NCBI GenBank assembly: GCA_016866785.1
Contig: VGLH01000002.1
Span: 14,086-78,085, forward strand
Origin: Candidatus Poribacteria bacterium
GTDB lineage: Bacteria; Poribacteria; WGA-4E; GCA-2687025
Reading direction: 5' to 3'
DNA length: 64,000 nt
The notes beneath the pieces were generated by a model that worked only from the letters and a program-made list of their open reading frames with translations, searched no databases and had not been told where the DNA came from. Both the position numbers and the translations under genes were made by a program. Below, piece after piece: positions 28,827 through 37,989 of the stretch. Numbering within the stretch: position 1 is the first letter of the stretch; each line of letters begins with the position of its first letter.

Positions 28827-30476
28827 TTAGCGAGGAGCCATACGGGGCCAGGCGAGCTCCATCCCCTGCGAGCGGAGCAGGCTCTGGAAGCTGGAAAGCA
28901 GCTCTTGGGATGCTCGTGTTGCGCGTGGTGACGCGTTCCGGTCGATACAGTACGCCGCCAGCGCGCCAGCAGCTTCGCCGATGTTCCACTCGACGGGGTG
29001 GAGCCGGTAGCAGCCGTTCGTGATGTGAGTGACGCCCAGGTTCTTGCAGCCGGGAATCAGGTTCTCGACGCGGACCGGAACCAGTGAGCCCAGCGGAATC
29101 TGAAACGGCAAGGAGCTCACGTCGATGTAGTTATCGCCGCCGGAGCTCGGATGCAGATCGATCCGGTAGCTGCCGACGCCCACGGAGTCCGCGAACGGCT
29201 CCGCCGAGACCTCTTCGCGCGGCCTGCCGGTCAGGGCAGCTCTCGCGTCCGTCCCGACGTGCTGCTCCACGACAGTGAACTCCGCCCGGATGCGGCGTGA
29301 CTCGCGCATGTAGGGATACTTCGCCAGTCCGTCGGGCGTGCCCACGATATCCCGCCTGAGTCGCAGACCTCGCCATCCTTCGCCGCCGTCGGACCGCGGA
29401 GCCGCAGTCTGCAGCCAGTAGAGCAGCGACAGGCTGAGCTGCTTGGCGCGCTCGACGTGCCGGTCCGCCTCTTCTGCGCTGACTCCGACCAGGTTCCCCA
29501 GCCAGTAGTCGTTCATGGGCCAGTTGACGAGACAGACGTCCGACCGCAGTGAACCGCGCTCGAAGTTGGCGGCGTGCAGGATACGTCGGTAACGCCACAG
29601 CCCGGACGCCTCACCGGAGCTCTCGCGCTCCGGATCGAACGCGTAGCCGCGCCGCTCCAGCGTGATCGGATGGCACCCAATCAACGAGAGCAGGGGTCCT
29701 GTCCATGGCGGCGTCATCGCCGGCACGTAGTCGCGCCAGAACGCCCACTCCGCCGGGGGATCGATGGTGTGATCCTCGCCGGGCAGGTAGTCCATGGCGA
29801 AACAGCAGGTGAAGGCTTGGTGATTGTCCGGCTGAGCCTCACTCGGGGCGTGCGGCTCACCGGTCTCCGCCTGCGACTCGGCTCCCGTCACGAACTCCGT
29901 GCCCGTCAACGGCAGTAGGTCGCCGAGCTCCGTCGCATCGATCACGTAGCTGGCGCGGATCGTCGTCGGATGCCCCGTTGGCGTGTGCATGACGGTCACG
30001 GCGCGTACCCGATCGCCTTCCATGTCGGCGGACACGGCGCGCGTGTCGAGGAGCAGTGCCAGGCGGCCGCTGTTCAGGTGGGGCGCGAGCATGTCGCTCA
30101 GCACGGCGAGCGCGGCGCGAGGCTCGTGACACAGCCGGGATACGTTGCCGTTGCCGGGGTTGAGGTCGGCTCGACGGGACGCTTCGCCGGTCAGCGGATA
30201 GGTGCGCCGGTAGTAGTCGCGCACCCCGTCGCGGAATGCGCGATAGGATCGAGTCGCTCCGAACTGCTCGATCCACGGATGCTCGTCGGGGGGAACGGCT
30301 TGCTGCGTGAGCTGGCCGCCGATCCAATCGGTTTCCTCGGTCAGAACCACGTTCCGGCCGGACCTCGCTGCTGCCAGCGCGGCGGCGCACCCCCCGGTTC
30401 CGCCGCCGACCACGAGTACGTCTGTGACGAGCTCGCCCGGACGCCCATTCCGCGTCGCCCATCGAGGTTCGTTCAT
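28827..30476 (-). CDS. FAD-dependent oxidoreductase (PF12831-like)
   Basis: Rossmann DVLVVGGGTGGCAAALAAARSG. Start chosen at ATG 30476; a longer form to 30686 would add a signal-peptide-like segment and an R/P/T-rich linker. Confidence 0.7.
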   Translation of the reverse strand: MNEPRWATRNGRPGELVTDVLVVGGGTGGCAAALAAARSGRNVVLTEETDWIGGQLTQQAVPPDEHPWIEQFGATRSYRAFRDGVRDYYRRTYPLTGEASRRADLNPGNGNVSRLCHEPRAALAVLSDMLAPHLNSGRLALLLDTRAVSADMEGDRVRAVTVMHTPTGHPTTIRASYVIDATELGDLLPLTGTEFVTGAESQAETGEPHAPSEAQPDNHQAFTCCFAMDYLPGEDHTIDPPAEWAFWRDYVPAMTPPWTGPLLSLIGCHPITLERRGYAFDPERESSGEASGLWRYRRILHAANFERGSLRSDVCLVNWPMNDYWLGNLVGVSAEEADRHVERAKQLSLSLLYWLQTAAPRSDGGEGWRGLRLRRDIVGTPDGLAKYPYMRESRRIRAEFTVVEQHVGTDARAALTGRPREEVSAEPFADSVGVGSYRIDLHPSSGGDNYIDVSSLPFQIPLGSLVPVRVENLIPGCKNLGVTHITNGCYRLHPVEWNIGEAAGALAAYCIDRNASPRATRASQELLSSFQSLLRSQGMELAWPRMAPR

Positions 30477-30654
30477 CTCCGGCTCCCGTGATGCCGTCGG
30501 TCGTGACAACTGTCGCGAGTTTCGCTCATCGCGGACCCATCCGCAACCTGCGCTGCGGCTCGGCTCGGTCGTTGTCGGAGTACGACCCGTGTGATACGCT
30601 CTGGCGCATCGGCACGGGCCCGATCCGTTCGACCCCACGACAAGGAGCGACGCT

Positions 30655-31665
30655 GTGGCAAGCACACCGATACGCGGCGCAGTCATCGGCTACGGGGCAG
30701 CCTTCAACATGGGCAAGCATCACGCCGTTGCCATGAACCGAACCGAGGGCATTCAGACCGTCGCGATCGTTGACGTGGACAAGGCTCGCACTGAAGCCGC
30801 CAAGGCTGACTTCCCGGATGTGCAAACGTTCAACAGCGTTGCCGACCTCATCTCGTGGGGCGAGTTCGATGTCGCGGTCAATGTCCTGCCGCACTCGCTG
30901 CACCATGGACCGACGCTCGCGTGTCTCCAAGCTGGCAAGGGAGCCATCGTCGAGAAGCCGTTCACGATCACCATCGCTGAAGCCACCGAGCTGATCGAGG
31001 CGGCGAAACAGAAGAACGTGGTATTGACGGTTCATCACAACCGACGATGGGACGCCGACTTCTGGACTCTGAAGGGACTCGTCGCCAGCGGCGTCATCGG
31101 TAAGGTCTTCAATATCGAGATGTGGGGCGGCGGCTACGGCAAGCCGAATCCCAACTGGTGGCGCAGCGTCAAGCGTGTCAGCGGCGGCGCGTTCTACGAC
31201 TGGGGAGCCCATTTCCTCGACTGGCTGCTGAACGTCATTCCCGAGAAGATGGTCAGCGTGACGGGCTTCTTCCACGATCTCGTGTGGCACGACATCAGCA
31301 ATGAGGATCACGTCCACGCCATCATCCGCTTCGCCAGCGGATGCAGCGCCGACATCCAGATGTCGCAGATCGCCAAGATCGGCAAGCCGAGATGGCGTCT
31401 GCTGGGTTCGCACGGCGCGATCATCGACGCGGGCGGGAACAAGTTCAAGGTCTACTCCGAGGTTCCCGGACAGGAGAAGGAACAGGAAGTCGCCTACTCC
31501 GGCCGACCTGGACCGTCGTTCTACGAGAACTTCGTCGCCCACGTGAACGACGGAACGCCGCTCATCGTGACCGCCGAGGAAGCGCGGCGCGTCATCGCCG
31601 TCATGGAGCTCGCCGAGAAGTCGTCGCGCACCCATCAGGCGGAGACGATCCCGTACGAGTTCTAG
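30655..31665 (+). CDS. Gfo/Idh/MocA family oxidoreductase
   Basis: GTG start 7 nt after AAGGAG. GAVIGYGAAFNMGKHHA Rossmann motif. EKP motif. Confidence 0.85.
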   Translation: MASTPIRGAVIGYGAAFNMGKHHAVAMNRTEGIQTVAIVDVDKARTEAAKADFPDVQTFNSVADLISWGEFDVAVNVLPHSLHHGPTLACLQAGKGAIVEKPFTITIAEATELIEAAKQKNVVLTVHHNRRWDADFWTLKGLVASGVIGKVFNIEMWGGGYGKPNPNWWRSVKRVSGGAFYDWGAHFLDWLLNVIPEKMVSVTGFFHDLVWHDISNEDHVHAIIRFASGCSADIQMSQIAKIGKPRWRLLGSHGAIIDAGGNKFKVYSEVPGQEKEQEVAYSGRPGPSFYENFVAHVNDGTPLIVTAEEARRVIAVMELAEKSSRTHQAETIPYEF

Positions 31666-31691
31666 CTCGAAGGCGTGCTGAGGAAGGCTCG

Positions 31692-33185
31692 ATGCGGATC
31701 GGTGTCGCGCAGTTCTATCACGAATCCAACTCGTTCTCGTCGACCTCGACGCGAGAGGTGGATTTTCGCGACACCTCCGCATCGGGACCTGCCCTTCTCG
31801 ACAGATGGCGCGATACGAACAGCGAAATCGCCGGAGTCATCGACGCAGCCGAGGAGTCGGGATCAACGTCTCAGCCCGTCGAGCTGGTTCCCCTGACGGG
31901 AGCGTGGGCATGGCCCTCCGGTCCCATCGTGGACGAGTTCTACGTCCGCTTTCGCAACGATCTGGCGCAGCGCGTTGCGAGCGCCGGTCTGGACGGGCTC
32001 CTGCTTTCGTTGCACGGAGCCGCCATCACGACGGCGCGCGCGGACGCCCAAGCAGATCTGTTGGCGGCGATCCGGGGGCGTGTCGGAGCGGCGCTCCCCA
32101 TCGTCTCGACGCTCGACTTCCACGCCAACCTGTCGCCGGAGGTCGTCTCGGCGCTCGATGCGCTCGTCGGGTATCGAACCTATCCGCATGTCGATTACCG
32201 CGAACGCGGGGCCCAGGCGCTGCGACTGACTGCGGAACTGGTCGAGACCGGGCTGAGACCCCAGACCGGCTTCACGCAGCCGCCGATGATGCCGGTCCCG
32301 CAGCGGCAAGGCACGTCGGGCAACCCGATGGCGGCAATCATGGCGCGCGCCCGCGAGATCGAGTCGGCGCCGGACGTGCTCGTCGCGAACGTGTTCGGCG
32401 GGTTTGCCTACGGCGACTCGCCAAGTGCAGGCTTGTCTGTCGCGGTCGTCTCTCGTGAGAGCCACGAAATCGCTCAGAACTACGCCGACGAACTCGCGAT
32501 GATGGCTTGGACGTCACGCGCCGAGTTCGTTCCTGACCTCCTCAGCCCGCGCGACGCCGTGCGGACCGCCTACAGCCACGACAGCGGCTTGTCCGTCCTC
32601 GTGGATGTCGGGGACAACGTGGGGGGCGGTACGCCGGCAGACGGCACGGTGCTTCTCTCGGAACTGCTGAGAGTCCGAGCGGAACGTGCCGCCGTCGTCC
32701 TATGCGACGGCAAGTCGGTGCGCGAGTGCGTGCAGGCGGGCGTTGGCGCGGAAGTCCGCCTGCGAGTCGGCGGCAAGACCGACGGCTGGCACGGCGCGCC
32801 GGTCGCTGTGACGGGACGTGTCCGCATGCTCTTCGACGGCGAGTTCACGAACGTCGGGCCCATGCGCGAGGGAATCACGGAGCGTCAGGGATTGACGACT
32901 CGCGTGACGGTCGGTGGCATCGATCTCCTGCTGACGACGCGTCGATTGCCGCCGTGGAACCTTGAGCAGCTTCGCGCCGTCGGTATTGAGCCGACGCGTC
33001 TGCGTGCGTTCGTCGCGAAGTCCGCCGTGGCGTTCCGAGCCGCATGGGAACCGATTGCGGACCGGGTCATCGAGGTGAACACACCGGGGTTGACGTCTGC
33101 CGATCTCTCCGCGTTCCCGTACAAACACGTTCGCCGACCCGTCTTCCCCCTGGACGAAGCGTGCGCGCCCGGGAGGGATCGGTAG
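31692..33185 (+). CDS. MlrC-like M81 family metallopeptidase
   Basis: Start at ATG with GAGGAAGG upstream. N-terminus MRIGVAQFYHESNSF matches the MlrC/DUF1485 family. Confidence 0.8.
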   Translation: MRIGVAQFYHESNSFSSTSTREVDFRDTSASGPALLDRWRDTNSEIAGVIDAAEESGSTSQPVELVPLTGAWAWPSGPIVDEFYVRFRNDLAQRVASAGLDGLLLSLHGAAITTARADAQADLLAAIRGRVGAALPIVSTLDFHANLSPEVVSALDALVGYRTYPHVDYRERGAQALRLTAELVETGLRPQTGFTQPPMMPVPQRQGTSGNPMAAIMARAREIESAPDVLVANVFGGFAYGDSPSAGLSVAVVSRESHEIAQNYADELAMMAWTSRAEFVPDLLSPRDAVRTAYSHDSGLSVLVDVGDNVGGGTPADGTVLLSELLRVRAERAAVVLCDGKSVRECVQAGVGAEVRLRVGGKTDGWHGAPVAVTGRVRMLFDGEFTNVGPMREGITERQGLTTRVTVGGIDLLLTTRRLPPWNLEQLRAVGIEPTRLRAFVAKSAVAFRAAWEPIADRVIEVNTPGLTSADLSAFPYKHVRRPVFPLDEACAPGRDR

Positions 33186-33763
33186 TGGGCAAGGTTCAGT
33201 CCGAGCCTTTGGTCAAGCCGATCTGCGGGGCTCTCTTCATCGACCCGATGGTCCTTGAGCAGGCGTGGGTTGCGCTCGAAGAGATGCTGGGTCCGCGACA
33301 AGATACCTCGGAGCCGGTGGCTTTCACGTACTCGACGTACTACGATGCCGAGATGGGCCCGGGAATCCGCCGCTGCTACGCTTCGTTCGCCAGCCCTGTG
33401 GACGCGGGATTCCTCGCGTCTGCCAAGCACGCGACGAACCGCATCGAGCGAACGCTGGCGCAGCCCGACGGCCGCCGACGCGTCAACCTCGACATCGGCT
33501 ATCTCGGCGCTGGGCAGGTCGTTCTCGCCACGACGAAGGGCGTCAGCCATCGTGTTGCCATCGGCAGAGGAATCTACGGCGAGCTCACCTACACGTTCGC
33601 GGAGGGCGAGTACCGACCGCTTCCGTGGACGTACCCCGACTACCGCGACGAAGGCACGCGGTCGTTCTTCCTTCAGGTGCGATCCGACTACATGAGGCAG
33701 CATCAGGCGTGGAGCAGCTCTCCCGGAGCTCGCCACTTCACGCGACGGAGAGAGAGTGCATGA
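33185..33763 (+). CDS. hypothetical protein (DUF, ~190 aa), translationally coupled
   Basis: GTG overlapping the upstream stop (TAGTG). Conserved-looking core (PICGALFIDP...NLDIGYLGAGQVVLATTKG). Start uncertain. Confidence 0.45.
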   Translation: MGKVQSEPLVKPICGALFIDPMVLEQAWVALEEMLGPRQDTSEPVAFTYSTYYDAEMGPGIRRCYASFASPVDAGFLASAKHATNRIERTLAQPDGRRRVNLDIGYLGAGQVVLATTKGVSHRVAIGRGIYGELTYTFAEGEYRPLPWTYPDYRDEGTRSFFLQVRSDYMRQHQAWSSSPGARHFTRRRESA

Positions 33764-35730
33764 ATCGCCACGGTGCAACGCGAATCCTTCTGCTCTGTGC
33801 GTTGGCAGCCTGGGGCTCCCAGGCATTCGGATGGGGGTATGAGGCGCACAAGCTGATAACGCGGAAGGCGTGCGACGCAATGCCGGAGCCGGTCCGCGGC
33901 TTCTTCATCTCGCATTCCGACGAGCTCGCCGAGCGCTCCCTCGATCCCGATTCCTGGCGCAAGACGGACAAACTGGAGCACTCCAACCACTTCCTGGATA
34001 TCGACTACAGCGGCTTCGGTCCGTACCCGTTCTCGGACCTTCCCAGGTCGTACGCCGAGGCGTCCGCGAAGTTCGGCGAGGAGGCACTCGACCAGTACGG
34101 GCGGCTTCCCTGGCGCATCGACCGCTACATGGAGGATGCCGTCCGCGCGATCAAGTCGGGGGACCCGGCGAAGGTCGTCGGCGTTCTCGGAGCTTACAGC
34201 CACTACATCGAAGACGCGCACATGCCGCTTCACGTCGTGATGAACTTCAACGGTCAGTTGACCGGGCAGCGAGGCGTCCACGGACGGTGGGAGTGGAACA
34301 TGGTTGACCGGCATCTGCCGGAGCTCAGCGCGGCAGTGCTCGCGGATCCGTCGAAGGTCGCACCGGTAGAACAGCCGTTGGAGACGGCGTTCGAGATCAT
34401 CTTCGACTCGTACGGCAAGCACTTCGCTCTGCTGGACGCCGACCGCCACGCGGCGGCTGGCATCGAGGGCGACCTGGAGGAGAGCGACGTCTACTTCGAC
34501 CGGCTGTGGCGCCGTTCCAACGAGCTTTGCATCGCGCAAATGACAAGAGCCGCTGAGTACGTGGCGAGTTTTTGGACGACCGCATGGGAGCGCGCAGGCA
34601 AGCCGAAACTCCCTGCGGACGTTCCAGCACGGCGCGAACGGGCCCGCGACCTGGGAATCCGCATCGGGTCTCGAACGCCGGGTCCTCTGAACGCGATCAC
34701 CGACGTCCTGGGCGTACGGGTCGGTCACGTCACTCATGTCCGAGGTAGCGGCAAGAACGCGGTCCGCACCGGCGTTACGGCGATCGTGCCTCGCGATGAC
34801 ATCTGGCACCGGAAAGCTCCCGCTGCTGTGTTCGCCATGAACAGCAACGGCGAAGTGATGGGTTCCCACTGGATCCGGGAAGCCGGCAGCCTCGAAGTGC
34901 CCATCGTGCTCACCACGACCCTGAACGTCCCGGCGGCGGCGGCTGGTGTAGTCGAATGGATGGTTCGTGTGCACCCGTCGATGGGCAGAGGCGACGACGT
35001 CGTGCTGCCCGTCGTCGCGGAGTGCGACGATTCTGGGCTCAACGACTCCCAGGCTCGCGCGGTCACAGCCGAGGACACCGTTCGCGCGATTGAGACATCT
35101 CGGTCGGGCCCCGCCGAGGAGGGGTCGGTCGGGGCTGGTACCGGGCTCAGGAGCTACGGGTTCAAGGGCGGCATCGGCACGGCGTCGCGCGTCATTGAGG
35201 GCGGATACACGGTGGGTGCCCTGGTCGAGGCGAACGGCGGACGTAGGTCAGAGCTTCGAGTCGATGGCGTCCCCGTCGGCGAGGAGATCGCCGACCTGCT
35301 GCCGACTCGACCGGATCCCGAGAAGTCGTTCATCGTCGTCGTGGCGACGGACGCGCCCCTCGATGCCCGTCAACTGGAGCGCGTCGCCAAGCGGGCGTCA
35401 TGGGGCATCGCCCGAACCGGAACCGTCGGTAGACACGGCAGCGGCGACTTCGTGATCGCCTTTTCCACCGCGAACCCGATGCCCCACATGCCCGACGAAC
35501 CGACGTATCCCGGTGTCTCCTTCGTCGACGCGCACATCAACGAGCTCTTCGCAGCAACCATCGAGGCGACGGAGGAAGCGATCGTCAACGCGCTCGTCGC
35601 GGCGGAGACGATGGTCGGCTACGGCGGCGCGACAGCGCACGAACTGCCGAGTGATCGGCTGCGCGCGATCCTGTACCGCCATGGCAGGCTCTTCCCGTCC
35701 TCGACCCAGCCAGTGGAGGCGGCGGAATGA
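33760..35730 (+). CDS. secreted fusion protein: N-terminal S1/P1 nuclease-like domain + C-terminal DmpA/S58 (P1 family) peptidase domain
   Basis: ATGA overlap with the upstream gene; GGAGAGAG RBS. Signal peptide, then WGYEAHKLI and HYIEDAHMPLH (S1/P1 nuclease zinc ligand motifs). Then ITDVLGVRVGHVTH...TGVTAIVP, typical of DmpA/L-aminopeptidase. Confidence 0.75.
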   Translation: MNRHGATRILLLCALAAWGSQAFGWGYEAHKLITRKACDAMPEPVRGFFISHSDELAERSLDPDSWRKTDKLEHSNHFLDIDYSGFGPYPFSDLPRSYAEASAKFGEEALDQYGRLPWRIDRYMEDAVRAIKSGDPAKVVGVLGAYSHYIEDAHMPLHVVMNFNGQLTGQRGVHGRWEWNMVDRHLPELSAAVLADPSKVAPVEQPLETAFEIIFDSYGKHFALLDADRHAAAGIEGDLEESDVYFDRLWRRSNELCIAQMTRAAEYVASFWTTAWERAGKPKLPADVPARRERARDLGIRIGSRTPGPLNAITDVLGVRVGHVTHVRGSGKNAVRTGVTAIVPRDDIWHRKAPAAVFAMNSNGEVMGSHWIREAGSLEVPIVLTTTLNVPAAAAGVVEWMVRVHPSMGRGDDVVLPVVAECDDSGLNDSQARAVTAEDTVRAIETSRSGPAEEGSVGAGTGLRSYGFKGGIGTASRVIEGGYTVGALVEANGGRRSELRVDGVPVGEEIADLLPTRPDPEKSFIVVVATDAPLDARQLERVAKRASWGIARTGTVGRHGSGDFVIAFSTANPMPHMPDEPTYPGVSFVDAHINELFAATIEATEEAIVNALVAAETMVGYGGATAHELPSDRLRAILYRHGRLFPSSTQPVEAAE

Positions 35731-36767
35731 GATTCAGAACGCTCGGCGCATTCGCACTAGTCGCGTTGGCGCTCGCCTCGGGCTGTCGGCGCGGAGACCA
35801 GACCTCGACGGAACTGCATGTGTTCGCCTGGTCCGACTACTTCACCGACGAGGCGATCCAGCGGTTCGAGAAGGAGCACAAGGCTCACGTCGTCCTCGAC
35901 ACGTACGAGAACAACGAGGACCTCGTCGCCAAGCTCCAGGCGGGCGTGAGCGGGTACGATGTGGTGGTGCCGTCGGACTACGCCGTGAAGCAACTCGCCG
36001 AGCTCGGGCTCCTGGAGCCGCTGAACCGGGGCAACGTCCCGAACCTGCGAACCCTCGATACGAACTTCCTGAACCAGTACTTCGATCCCAGCAACCGGTA
36101 CTCGGTTCCCTACCTCTGGGGCACCGCCGGGATCGGTTACGACTCGACCAAGGTCACGCCCCCGCCGGTGAGCTCCGCCGTCCTATGGGATAAGCAATAC
36201 GGCGGCAACATCAACATGCTCGACGACGTGCGCGAGTCCTTCGCCCTCGCCCTCAAGCGGCTGGGCTACTCCGTCAACACGCGTGAACCGAATGAGATCA
36301 CGGCGGCTCAGGAGCTCCTCATCCAACAGAAGCCGCTGGTGCGCAGCTACACAACCGAAACGGACGTGCTGATGCTCTCCGGTCAGGTAGTGCTGACGCA
36401 CGCGTGGAGCGGCGATGTGCTGCGCGTCGCCGAGGAAGCCCCTCACTGGAAGTACGTGATCCCCGAAGAGGGGAGCACGATCTTCATCGACAACCTGTGC
36501 ATCCCCAAAGGCGCGCCGAAGAAGGAGCTCGCCGAGGCGTTCATCAACTTCATCATCCAGCCGGACGTGATCGCCGGCGTCACCGCCTTCACGCACTACG
36601 CGAACTGCGTTCCGGCGTCGAAGGAGCATTTGCCGCCTACGCTGCGCGACAACCCAGTGATGTCGCCGCCCGAAGATATCATTCGACGGCTGGAACCGCT
36701 GCAGGACCTCGGTGAACTACAGACGCTCTACGGAGACGCCTGGACCGCCGTCAAGGCAGCCCAGTGA
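35727..36767 (+). CDS. spermidine/putrescine-type ABC transporter substrate-binding lipoprotein (PotD/PotF-like), orphan
   Basis: Lipobox LALASGC. PotD-family N-terminal signature (HVFAWSDYF...VVPSDY). No cognate permease or ATPase in the operon. Confidence 0.8.
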   Translation: MRFRTLGAFALVALALASGCRRGDQTSTELHVFAWSDYFTDEAIQRFEKEHKAHVVLDTYENNEDLVAKLQAGVSGYDVVVPSDYAVKQLAELGLLEPLNRGNVPNLRTLDTNFLNQYFDPSNRYSVPYLWGTAGIGYDSTKVTPPPVSSAVLWDKQYGGNINMLDDVRESFALALKRLGYSVNTREPNEITAAQELLIQQKPLVRSYTTETDVLMLSGQVVLTHAWSGDVLRVAEEAPHWKYVIPEEGSTIFIDNLCIPKGAPKKELAEAFINFIIQPDVIAGVTAFTHYANCVPASKEHLPPTLRDNPVMSPPEDIIRRLEPLQDLGELQTLYGDAWTAVKAAQ

Positions 36768-37192
36768 AGAATCCGCGATTGGTTTGGCTCCGCGTCCTCG
36801 TTCTCGCCGTCCTTGCCCTTGGGGCGGCGGTCGTCGTCGCGCCGCCGTTGCTCGAGTCGCGGCACGTCGCCCAGGCGATCAGCGATCTGGAACTCCTGTC
36901 CGACGCCGCCAGGCAGTACCTGCACCACACCGGCAAGACCTGCGAAGAACTCCAGGCACTCATCGACGATCCAGGCGTCGCCGGTTGGCGCGGGCCCTAC
37001 TTGGCAAGTGACGCCGTACCGCCGACGCCCTGGGGCGGCTCCTATCGGATCGATGTCGCTCGCGGGGTCGTTGGGATCGCCGCAGACGCCGCGCGCGCGC
37101 CTGAGAAGTTCCGTCTGGGAGGCATCGCCGAGCTGTCCCAGGCGGTGCGAGCGGATCCGCATTGGTGGGCGGACGACAATGGTCCACGCTGA
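36764..37192 (+). CDS. GspG-like pseudopilin-domain protein lacking canonical prepilin cleavage motif
   Basis: C-terminal region matches GspG (AISDLELLSDAARQYLHHTGK...WRGPYL...PTPWGGSY). The N-terminus is a plain hydrophobic anchor without G-F-T-L-I-E. Confidence 0.6.
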   Translation: MKNPRLVWLRVLVLAVLALGAAVVVAPPLLESRHVAQAISDLELLSDAARQYLHHTGKTCEELQALIDDPGVAGWRGPYLASDAVPPTPWGGSYRIDVARGVVGIAADAARAPEKFRLGGIAELSQAVRADPHWWADDNGPR

Positions 37193-37973
37193 GGCGGCGA
37201 TCGCTGCCGGAGTCGTCGGGATGTGCGTCGGCAGCTTCGGGAACGTCGTCGCCCACCGGATCCCCATCGGGCAAACGCCCTGGTTCCCGCAACGCTCCTA
37301 CTGCCCGCATTGCCAGTCGTCGATCCGCTTCCGCGACAACATCCCACTGCTGAGCTTCTTTCTGCTGCGGGGCAAGTGCCGGGACTGCCATGGGCCCATC
37401 TCGTGGCGCTACCCGGTGGTCGAGGCTGTGACTGCGCTCGGGTTCTCGCTGGCGTTCTTGCTGCACGGACTGTCCATGCGGGCCCTGAGCGGGTCCCTTT
37501 TTGCCGCCGTTCTTGTCGTCCTCGCAACGACGGACTCGGAGCACGGCAGACTCCCCACCGCCGTCGTGGCTTCAGGAGCCGTCCTTGCCGCGTTCGTTGC
37601 GCTCGCGCGCGCGCTGAGCGAGGGCGCTGGCAGCCTTTGGCATGTCGCATCGGCGGCGCTCACCGGGTTGGGACTGCTGGGATTGGTGCGCTGGGTCGCC
37701 TCGAGATTGGCGCGCCGGGAGGCAATGGGGTTGGGCGATGTCAGACTGGCGGGGATGATGGGACTCTACATCGCCTCGCCGTCGCACACGCTGCTGGCAA
37801 TCGTCCTGGCGTCCTTGGCAGGGGCATTGTGGGGAACCGTTCTGATCGCCATGGGACGCGCGCGGATGGGAAACCAGATGCCCTTCGGACCATTCCTCGC
37901 CGTAGGCGGGATCGTGTCGTTTCACGCCGGGGAACCGATCCTGGGCTGGTACCTCCGGCTTTTCGCCCGGTGA
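37179..37973 (+). CDS. prepilin peptidase (A24 family, PilD/GspO-like)
   Basis: N-terminal zinc-finger cysteines (CPHCQSSI...CRDCHGPI). Multiple TM helices. Conserved LGDVRLAGMMGLY aspartate region. Confidence 0.8.
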   Translation: MVHAEAAIAAGVVGMCVGSFGNVVAHRIPIGQTPWFPQRSYCPHCQSSIRFRDNIPLLSFFLLRGKCRDCHGPISWRYPVVEAVTALGFSLAFLLHGLSMRALSGSLFAAVLVVLATTDSEHGRLPTAVVASGAVLAAFVALARALSEGAGSLWHVASAALTGLGLLGLVRWVASRLARREAMGLGDVRLAGMMGLYIASPSHTLLAIVLASLAGALWGTVLIAMGRARMGNQMPFGPFLAVGGIVSFHAGEPILGWYLRLFAR

Positions 37974-37989
37974 TCCCTGCGAGGTGGCA

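Noticed and set aside
31341-31691. N-terminal 117-aa extension of the MlrC-like ORF
   Set aside because: It overlaps the 3' end of the Gfo/Idh/MocA gene and is R/G-rich. The family N-terminus MRIGVAQFYHESNSF with a GAGGAAGG RBS begins at 31692.
33265-33759. N-terminal 165-aa extension of the nuclease-peptidase fusion ORF
   Set aside because: It overlaps the preceding DUF gene in another frame. The real start is the ATG before the signal peptide MNRHGATRILLLCALAAW with a GGAGAGAG RBS.
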